A DNA stretch of 35,851 nt, taken from positions 1 through 35,851 of the forward strand of contig SVJI01000002.1 of the NCBI GenBank assembly GCA_015069065.1, given 5' to 3'. The stretch comes from Oscillospiraceae bacterium. GTDB taxonomy: Bacteria; Bacillota; Clostridia; UMGS1883. The first letter of the stretch is position 1, and each line of letters starts with the position of its first letter. Below are positions 24,201-30,760 of this stretch, piece by piece. Under the pieces are notes generated by a model, which did no database searches, was not told the origin of the DNA, and saw only the letters and a list, made by a program, of their open reading frames with translations. The translations under genes and the position numbers were made by a program.

Positions 24201-26194
24201 GCAGTGTTTATTTGCTCCAGAGCTTCTTTTATTCTTACTTCATCACTCACCTGCTGCTCTAATGCATCGTAGTAAGCCTCTCTCATCTGTGCAACATTTG
24301 TAAATGTTACCCCCGCAAGGCTTTGTACAACCTCTTCAGGCTCTATCAAAAGCATATACTCCGTAAGGTCAAGCCCTAATATATCATTCAGAAGAATTCC
24401 CATCTGTAATTCCTCTTCTCCTGCAAGAAGGCTTATAAGCTCTTGCACATCAGCACTTGCCACCTTTCCAAGAGCCGTATTTAACTGTTCATTTGTTCCT
24501 ATCATAAAGGGAAAGCTTTTTTCGCCACTTCCAATCAGCGTATACTTTTCACCCTTTTCATAGGAAGACACATCTATTTGTGCAGTAAAATCACCATTTG
24601 AATCAGATGTAACATAGAAAACATCGGAAACTGCGGAATTGACATTTAACGGCGTAATCTGTGAAGCCTCGTATCCGGGGGCAAGAAGTGCGATTACCGC
24701 TGTTGCCTCATTTGCTTGTGTTATACCGCTGATTTCAAGTGTTTGTGCCTGATAATCCACATAAGCGTGAAGTTTCTTTATCTCTGTTTCTTTATCAAAG
24801 CTTGCTAAACTTAATCCACCTTCGTCAAACGTATAGCTTCCCATATAAGGCTTTAGCGATGTCCAATTATCAAGAATTGAAATTCGCAGTGTGTCGCCTT
24901 CTTCAATACTATTTGAAATCGTTATCGTCTGCGGCAGTGTGTTTCCACCGGAAAGCTGATAGGGCACTGCACAAAGACTTACTCTTTCACCACTGCGTAA
25001 TGTTTCCATCATTAACAGAACGTCTGCACTCTGCATTGTTTCCTTTACTGCCGATATTTCCGCAGTAACAATGCCGCTTGCTGTCTGTGTATTTACAAGG
25101 AGTGTTTTCTCACCTTCATAATCAAGATAAAACTTTGGCTCTTCAAAATACATTCTGCCGCTGCGGCTTGTAAAGCTGAAGCTTTTGTCAGGTGCAGTCT
25201 GTCCGTAAATGTCCTTTACCCCCGAAATTAAAACTGTATATTTCGTTGTAAAGGCAAATGGACTTGACGGTGTCACTATCAGCTTTCTTGAATCCTGTGT
25301 ATCTATCAAAACTGACGCAGGCTCTTCATTATTTATCAATATATTTGCATTTTCAAGCTCTTCAGAATCTATATTCTGACTAAAAGACAGTACAATTTTT
25401 TCATTGATATCAACATTGCTTTCATCATTTGACGGAGTATGCGAGATAAGCTCCATTCCCGCCAGTTTTTTAGCTACAACATCATCCACAAGAAATTTTG
25501 CGCCCGCACCTGCTGATGAGCGATGTGTTCCAAGGCAGACCTTCTTTATGCTTTTAGTAAAATTTGTAGGAAAATCTACATTTGATTTAAGTAATTTTCC
25601 GTCCTGATATACTAAAAGCTTACCCTTCTCTCCTGTCAAATCAAAATGAAATTCTATGTTATACCATTTATTTAGCTGTGTTGTATTAAGAGCTTCACCA
25701 TTTTCCTGAAGATACACGCTTGCTCCTCCACCAATAAGTGCAGTTTTCATATTTACCGTAATATCCCACTCTTTTGAATTTTTATCACACACACGCAAAC
25801 GGAAATATTCACTTGCAGAATTTATTCGCTGAAGCTTAAAGCTAACGCTTACTATACCGCTTGTCACCGTTTGCGAAAGCTCCTTTGACAAAGAATAGTC
25901 ACGTGATGCACTCGTTGAAGTCGGTCTGTATAGTTGCAGAACTTTGTTTGATGTATTCTGAGGATCTTGTTCGATTGTATATACAGAATCTTCCTCCGTG
26001 ATGGTTGTCGTTTCATTTCCGTAGGCTCCTACCCATCCATTCCACTCTGAAACATCCTGTCCGGGCGTTCCCGTTTCAAAATTTTCAAAGAGAAGCTCGG
26101 TGTCTGCCGCAACAGAGGATAGCGGCGCACATCCCAAAGCAAGGCACATCGCTAATATTAATGAAATAGCTCTGTGGAAATTTATTCGTTTCAT
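21212..26194 (-). CDS. Giant cell-surface protein (1660 aa). Architecture: signal peptide, two ~705-aa tandem modules (LamG-like, Ig-like, beta-sandwich, Ig-like, helical domain), a poly-Gly hinge, and a C-terminal SLH triplet.
   Basis: ATG at 26194 (MKRINFHRAISLILAMCLALGCAPLSSVAA) with AAAGGAG 6 nt upstream. The track start at 26236 would overlap the previous gene. Module 1 is about 26098-23981 and module 2 about 23980-21890. Eleven consecutive Gly codons lie at 21838-21806. The C-terminal SLH repeats start FTDLDAVPWAKE, FADVDSSAWYAP and YTDAHSIPDYAKE. Confidence 0.9.
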   Translation of the reverse strand: MKRINFHRAISLILAMCLALGCAPLSSVAADTELLFENFETGTPGQDVSEWNGWVGAYGNETTTITEEDSVYTIEQDPQNTSNKVLQLYRPTSTSASRDYSLSKELSQTVTSGIVSVSFKLQRINSASEYFRLRVCDKNSKEWDITVNMKTALIGGGASVYLQENGEALNTTQLNKWYNIEFHFDLTGEKGKLLVYQDGKLLKSNVDFPTNFTKSIKKVCLGTHRSSAGAGAKFLVDDVVAKKLAGMELISHTPSNDESNVDINEKIVLSFSQNIDSEELENANILINNEEPASVLIDTQDSRKLIVTPSSPFAFTTKYTVLISGVKDIYGQTAPDKSFSFTSRSGRMYFEEPKFYLDYEGEKTLLVNTQTASGIVTAEISAVKETMQSADVLLMMETLRSGERVSLCAVPYQLSGGNTLPQTITISNSIEEGDTLRISILDNWTSLKPYMGSYTFDEGGLSLASFDKETEIKKLHAYVDYQAQTLEISGITQANEATAVIALLAPGYEASQITPLNVNSAVSDVFYVTSDSNGDFTAQIDVSSYEKGEKYTLIGSGEKSFPFMIGTNEQLNTALGKVASADVQELISLLAGEEELQMGILLNDILGLDLTEYMLLIEPEEVVQSLAGVTFTNVAQMREAYYDALEQQVSDEVRIKEALEQINTAAEDDIENTLKSCDDVIAINWSTDFTLLNLADKQMLYANMASQTFKKPKEVEDAFNENIEKLLAKKIVVSKEGCENIFAEDFNSAEATIGTDVLGWREWSGGYNNATETINVRDSYIKIASDSENPANKVLKAYRTTCSANSIYYTVEKTLPEIQSKGVIRYGMKIKRMNSSTSILRLSMIDHKEIYWDITFVMDSSRINCGGSTVNFRENSGDNPPAEINEWYFFDLFFDMDNKKLSVYQNGELLGKDIDFPTNFSGGLQKFGIGPHRSGAGSNSEFLVDDITVDKVKSLKMEDSLPKKDSQDFDTDKKIKLIFNHKIDAASLLTADVTIGNASVESVSLDVQNPDTVLIATTSPLNFNTCYTVNVSGIKDIYGQSAPDENFSFKTRKRRLLFKEVRFFTDYEGSKGDITQSGLVAGEITTELKLVNEEGTSENFLILLETEQSGKTQHIEVKPYTVLPDSTTEQTVTVSANAQKGNTLRLMIIDSWADMESYASLYTFDKDGLRTENAADTEKIHASVNYQTNKLEITGKAQNAQSTAIAAVLKNGYTAETITALNVNDAVCELLQMQSDANGQYAMQIDISSYEKNVAYSIIASDGKTVPFKISTADLITAALDKVKTITKEELAAMLAGNPLLAAGIPINDVLQLDLSEYNTLSSKVDVTKDIAGKTFNNLNELRAAYYSALERQVAYENRVKEIIKTVNDALWDGFENALKNGSDLLQINWSGDYSKLNETYNSLLYKALAKDYTFTTLKQIEDTFAAKATELYIEQSKTDGSDDGTDGGNDLGGGGGGGGGGGVSGPVITEPIQMQKGEAFTDLDAVPWAKESINTLSAKGIINGVGDNKFAPNDTVTREQFVKMMVVAFKLNGKDTSGFADVDSSAWYAPYIGAAVQNGIINGISAESFGVGSNITRSDIAVICTRIAKKCSIALPEASEPIYTDAHSIPDYAKESAAVLQLAGIMTGDGSGCFAPKEYATRAMAAKIIHMLMTLTSVQ

Positions 26195-26219
26195 CGTTTT
26201 CTCCTTTCTGTTAGTCGTT

Positions 26220-28496
26220 CTACTGTATTTGCGCAACCTTCAGATTATCAAATACAGAGGCATCTCTGAAGCTATATAATGCAACAGTTCCGATTGAATG
26301 GGTGCTATCTTCTGCCTCACCGATTTTTTCACCGTTTATGTAGAAGGTAAAGCGGCTTCCCTTTGCTTCTATACCGAAATTGTAGTATTCGTTATCCTCT
26401 ATGGGATATGACCACGTTTCTATAACCTGCAAAGAGTTATTTATCCATTTTGCAAACTGAAAAGCCTTTCCTGATGTTCTGAGTGTATAACCTTCTTTTC
26501 CATTATCTGTCAGTCGGAAAATCAAACCTACATTCTTATCATTTGAGGATGATGGTGCTTTTATATCCGCAGACACTGCATAGTCAGACCAATTACTTCC
26601 TCCATTATAAATAAACACACACCTGTTTTCTCCCCATACGGTTTGCTTTAGCATACCGCCCTCAATCATCCAGTCACCAAGCCTTTCGCTCCAGTTCTCC
26701 TGTTCTATTTTAGAAAAATCTTCTGTCAGAAGGCTTTTCCCCTTTGGTGTAAAGCGACTTAGGCTTCCCGATATTTCAAAGGTTTCTTTTTCATCAGGGT
26801 TTTTCACACACTGAAAAGCACCCATATTAGGATTTGTACCGGCTACACATCCGTCTGCATCAAACAGTTCTAACTCGTACACTTTTCCGTCAAAACCGAT
26901 AAATTCTTTTTTTATAATTTCTCCGCTGTGCACCGCAGGACTATGAGCGATAATGCGCCAGTTGCTCTCATCATTAATAAATTCTGGCAATCCAAATTTA
27001 CTGTGTTTCTCCTCTGTTTCGGGGTATGCTTCATAAAAAAGATTGTAATCAGAACTGAATGATGAAACACTCTTATTAAACCGATATGCATCTGCATCGC
27101 TCTTCGCAAAAATATTATTTCTTAAAATTATGTTTGAATTAGTCGGGCTGTTAAAGCTCATTCCCGTTGCAGCACCGCAAATTACATTATTGAATATACG
27201 GCTATTTTTTACACCATTAAGGGAAATTCCATTTTTTGTTTCCCCATCCTTTACACATGATATTACATTATTCCATATTGCACAGTGCGAAACGGCAAAT
27301 TCATCTTTGCTTTCTTTTCCAAGAAGCAGTGCCGCCTCTATCGTTTCACTGTCATTTGTAAAAAGATTATTGCAAATCATCAAATCCTTTGTCGCTGCAT
27401 CTACATAAACAGAGTAATCCGATGAGTTTTTAAATTCGTTTCCTTTAAAAACAACCTCTTTACAATTTGTTATATTCGCCTGAGAATTTATAAAGGAGTT
27501 ATCCTCTATAAACAAATTCTGAGAGTTATCAAGAACAATCTTACTTTTAATTTTATTACCGACAAGATTAAAAGCATTGACATTTCCTTTAATTAAAGGA
27601 GTGTCATCACTGTTTTCTGAGAAGTCAAAATTTTTAATGCTTACATTTGAACTTCCTTGTAAAAATGTAATGTGTTCCTGCTCGGATTTAGGGAAAATAA
27701 TAACAGCACCATGCTTATTTCTTGACTTTATACATATATCTGCATTTACACAAGCATTCTTCGTTTCAATATATTTTCCATCCTCAAAAATGACACTTTG
27801 TCCCGCCTTTAATGTTTCTGTTGCTTTTTTAAAGCTTTTCCACGGGCTAAGATAGCTTCCGTTGTTTTCGTCAGAGCCATCGGGCGAAACAAAAAACACA
27901 TCGGGGCAGGCAATATCTATCAGTACACTCTTTTCATCTGCGCCCTCTCCCGGAAGTATATACATCGAATTTAAAAGCATTTGCGACAATTCGCCACGAG
28001 TAAGAACCTCTCCTCTGACAACATCCAAACTGTGTGTTATTCCGACTTCTGCTGCGGTAAGAAGCGTTCCCCACGGATAACCTCCGTAGCTTTTCGCTTT
28101 TTTATCATACCCGAGAACATTTACAAGCACGCTTGCCGCTTCCTCAAACAAAACATTTTTATCGGGACAAAAGCTTCCGTCAGGGTAGCCGTTTATATAG
28201 CCTTTTTCCTGTATTGCATTGATATAGTCTTTAGCCCAGTGGTTTTCACCAACGTCACTGAATTTTGTTTGTATATCCGGAATTTCTGCTTTTATAATGC
28301 GCACCAAAAGTGCTGCAAGCTCCGCCCTCGTCACATTATCTTCTGTTTTAAGATTTCCGTTTTCATCACCTTGCAAAATTCCAAGCTCGCAAAGCTCCTG
28401 CGCTGCAGAAGATTGTTTAGACAAATTATTTTCTGCTGCGACCTGTATGCCAAACAGATTTAGTATAACTAATATATATAATAGTAGTTTTTTCAT
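26220..28496 (-). CDS. SLH-anchored right-handed parallel beta-helix protein with a C-terminal concanavalin/LamG (DUF1080-type) domain (758 aa). Candidate polysaccharide lyase or hydrolase.
   Basis: ATG at 28496 (MKKLLLYILVILNLFGIQVAA) with GGAGGAG upstream; the track start at 28508 is a GTG. N-terminal SLH triplet (FSDVGENHWAKDYINAIQEKGYINGYPDGSFCPD, YGGYPWGT). The beta-helix entry motif is FFVSPDGSDENNGSYLSPWKSFKKATETLKAGQSVIFEDGKY, followed by repeated NN(L/V/I)(F/I) rungs. The C-terminal segment runs from GDWMIEGGMLKQ to VFDNLKV. Confidence 0.88.
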   Translation of the reverse strand: MKKLLLYILVILNLFGIQVAAENNLSKQSSAAQELCELGILQGDENGNLKTEDNVTRAELAALLVRIIKAEIPDIQTKFSDVGENHWAKDYINAIQEKGYINGYPDGSFCPDKNVLFEEAASVLVNVLGYDKKAKSYGGYPWGTLLTAAEVGITHSLDVVRGEVLTRGELSQMLLNSMYILPGEGADEKSVLIDIACPDVFFVSPDGSDENNGSYLSPWKSFKKATETLKAGQSVIFEDGKYIETKNACVNADICIKSRNKHGAVIIFPKSEQEHITFLQGSSNVSIKNFDFSENSDDTPLIKGNVNAFNLVGNKIKSKIVLDNSQNLFIEDNSFINSQANITNCKEVVFKGNEFKNSSDYSVYVDAATKDLMICNNLFTNDSETIEAALLLGKESKDEFAVSHCAIWNNVISCVKDGETKNGISLNGVKNSRIFNNVICGAATGMSFNSPTNSNIILRNNIFAKSDADAYRFNKSVSSFSSDYNLFYEAYPETEEKHSKFGLPEFINDESNWRIIAHSPAVHSGEIIKKEFIGFDGKVYELELFDADGCVAGTNPNMGAFQCVKNPDEKETFEISGSLSRFTPKGKSLLTEDFSKIEQENWSERLGDWMIEGGMLKQTVWGENRCVFIYNGGSNWSDYAVSADIKAPSSSNDKNVGLIFRLTDNGKEGYTLRTSGKAFQFAKWINNSLQVIETWSYPIEDNEYYNFGIEAKGSRFTFYINGEKIGEAEDSTHSIGTVALYSFRDASVFDNLKVAQIQ

Positions 28497-28511
28497 ACTC
28501 TCCTCCACTTT

Positions 28512-30572
28512 TTAATCCGTCACCTGATATACTCCTATATCCCATACTGATTTTCTTTCTTTTCCGTTCCAATCGATGGGTATTATTGATTTTTGCTTGT
28601 TGTCAAAGCTTGTATAGGTTGTAGGAATCATAATTCCCGCCCCTATTGCAGGACTATTACTTTTAAGAGTAAAATCTCCCTTTTCAGGATTGACAAAGCC
28701 CGGGTCACTATATTTACTGTTTTCTTCCTTAGGAGCTTCTCCCGCATCACTGTAAATATTATAATCACTCTTAAAATTCTCCGGTTCATAGGCAATGTCA
28801 TACACCATTGGACTATCTTTAAAAATATTATTATATACCTCTACATTTCTGTTGGGCGGGTCCCATCCCCAACCGTAGCGTGTCGCCATATTGCTGCTGA
28901 CACGTACAGAGGCGATTGACGTTCCCATAACAATATTATTGAATACTCTCGTATCTTTGGCACTGCATATTAAAAGCCCCCATCGTATTCTTCTGTTTGG
29001 AGAATATACAATATTATTGTATACATTGCAATTATACATTTCAAAGCCGGTTCCCTCTTTATTATCAAGAGTTGAATTTTTATCCGTAAGACCTCCCACG
29101 GTAAATGCCGCATCCGACAGGCTTACCTCTGTATTATATACGAGATTATTGTATATAAGGCTGTCACGTGTACCGCCCTTAAACATGATGCCTGAACGCC
29201 CGGACTCAATTATTTTATTGTTTCGCACAATCAGATTGGAGCAATTTACACCATCTATACCCTCGTGAACGGAGCCATATACAATATTATCTTCTATAAT
29301 ACAGTTGTCTGAAAGATGGAGCTTAATCCCTTCCTCGTATACTTTTTCAAAATAATTTCCCCTGATTATAACATTGCTGCCCCCACGTGTCCGCAGCAAA
29401 ATATCCGCTGTTGGCGAAGGGTCGCTCGATGATGCAATGTCCTCCTGTGCAAAATAGATATCTTCAACAGCGACATATGATACGCCTAAATCAAGGTCAA
29501 ATTTACTCATACAAATCAAATCTTTACTGTAAATAATTTTCGCCTTATGTTTATTTCGTGCTTTTATCACAATTGGCGCAAATTCTGTTCCACTGTTTTC
29601 AAGAACAGTTATATGCTCTTCAAAATATTCTCCATCCTCCAAAATCAAAACAGAACCTGCCTCAAGCTTTTTAATTGACTTATACATCGTTTTCCACGGT
29701 TTTTCCTCTGTTCCGGGGTTATCATCAGAGCCGTTTGGCGAAATGTAATATGTAGCATAGACACCGCTTTTAATCTGACGGGGAGTTCGTTTTATGTCAT
29801 TCATCAATATATCCAAAGAGTTTGCCATAAGCTGTGCCGCTTTCCCACGGTTAATAGTGTTTTCAAATTCTGTGGGAACCGTTTCTGTTATGCCCAGGTT
29901 TGCAGCTTCCAAAAGATAGCCGTACGGGTAACCCCCTCTTTTTTCTCCGTTCTCTGCATATCCTAATGCGCAAACTAAAATTTTAACTGCCTGATTATAT
30001 GTAACGGGGTTATCGGGAAGAAATCTGTTACCGCTGAAGCCTCCTATCAACCCCCTCTTGGTCGCTTCTGAAATTAATGCATAAGCCCAATGGTTACTAA
30101 GCACGTCATTATATATTATCCTTGAACCTTCAACATTGTTAATTTCATTTCCGGGGGTAATCATTCTCATCACTGCCGCTACAAATTCTGCCCTGGTTAA
30201 TGTCTTTTCTGCCCTGAAAGTTCCATCTTCATATCCATTCAGCACATTAAGTTTTGAAAGTTCACGTGCAGCGTTCTCATACATTGATCCCTCAAGGTCT
30301 GAATATTCCTTTTCACCCGTTTCTTTCAATGTATCTTTTTCTACTGATGCATCAATGTAACTATCAAAAATCATTTCATCATCTTTGTTTTGTGTTTCTT
30401 CTTCGCCTCCCATTTCCTCCTGCGCTATCTCCCATTCAAGCACATCTATAACATTATCAGCATCGTTTTGTGTTCCATCCTGTGCAAAACTGATACAGGT
30501 AAACAATGTTGATGTTATTAACACGTATGAAATCATTGCCTTTCTTAAAAAAATTGTTCTCTGTCTTTTCAA
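28512..30572 (-). CDS. SLH-anchored right-handed parallel beta-helix protein (686 aa), paralogue of the downstream gene. Candidate polysaccharide lyase or hydrolase.
   Basis: TTG start at 30572 with GGGAG 8 nt upstream. This gives a classic signal peptide, MKRQRTIFLRKAMISYVLITSTLFTCISFAQD. An acidic linker is followed by an SLH triplet (YSDLEGSMYENAARELSKLNVLNGYEDGTFRAE; YNDVLSNHWAYALISEATKRGLIGGFSGNRFLPD; RGGYPYGY). The entry motif is YYISPNGSDDNPGTEEKPWKTMYKSIKKLEAGSVLILEDGEY. PbH1-like rungs are present (NNKII, NNLVY, NNIVY, NNIVM, NNIF). Confidence 0.88.
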   Translation of the reverse strand: MKRQRTIFLRKAMISYVLITSTLFTCISFAQDGTQNDADNVIDVLEWEIAQEEMGGEEETQNKDDEMIFDSYIDASVEKDTLKETGEKEYSDLEGSMYENAARELSKLNVLNGYEDGTFRAEKTLTRAEFVAAVMRMITPGNEINNVEGSRIIYNDVLSNHWAYALISEATKRGLIGGFSGNRFLPDNPVTYNQAVKILVCALGYAENGEKRGGYPYGYLLEAANLGITETVPTEFENTINRGKAAQLMANSLDILMNDIKRTPRQIKSGVYATYYISPNGSDDNPGTEEKPWKTMYKSIKKLEAGSVLILEDGEYFEEHITVLENSGTEFAPIVIKARNKHKAKIIYSKDLICMSKFDLDLGVSYVAVEDIYFAQEDIASSSDPSPTADILLRTRGGSNVIIRGNYFEKVYEEGIKLHLSDNCIIEDNIVYGSVHEGIDGVNCSNLIVRNNKIIESGRSGIMFKGGTRDSLIYNNLVYNTEVSLSDAAFTVGGLTDKNSTLDNKEGTGFEMYNCNVYNNIVYSPNRRIRWGLLICSAKDTRVFNNIVMGTSIASVRVSSNMATRYGWGWDPPNRNVEVYNNIFKDSPMVYDIAYEPENFKSDYNIYSDAGEAPKEENSKYSDPGFVNPEKGDFTLKSNSPAIGAGIMIPTTYTSFDNKQKSIIPIDWNGKERKSVWDIGVYQVTD

Positions 30573-30620
30573 TTCAAATGCTCCCTTCTTTTCCCATACT
30601 GCGGCATTTTTTCTAATTAT

Positions 30621-30666
30621 ATTTTAGCATTGCAATCATAGCTTTTTCAAGTGACAGTAACTATGA
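30621..30666 (-). promoter_or_regulatory. Candidate sigma-A promoter plus upstream operator box for the structural operon.
   Basis: On the minus strand: TTGAAA (30650-30645), an 18-nt spacer, then TAAAAT (30626-30621), about 45 nt upstream of the TTG start. TCATAGTTACTGTCAC lies immediately upstream of the -35. The same layout recurs at 32983-33025 and 33067-33111. Confidence 0.55.
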
Positions 30667-30704
30667 TTATACTGACACATCCTTGCAATTTATCCTGTAT
30701 GTGG

Positions 30705-30744
30705 AAAAGGAAAAAAGGCAGACCGCAAATATATGCAATCTGCC
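30705..30744 (-). terminator. Rho-independent terminator after the AraC-type regulator gene.
   Basis: On the minus strand: GGCAGA TTGCATATATTTGCGG TCTGCC followed by TTTTTTCCTTTTCC. The stem is 30744-30739 paired with 30722-30717, and it starts 17 nt after the stop codon. Confidence 0.6.
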
Positions 30745-30760
30745 CCTAAAATGGGATATT

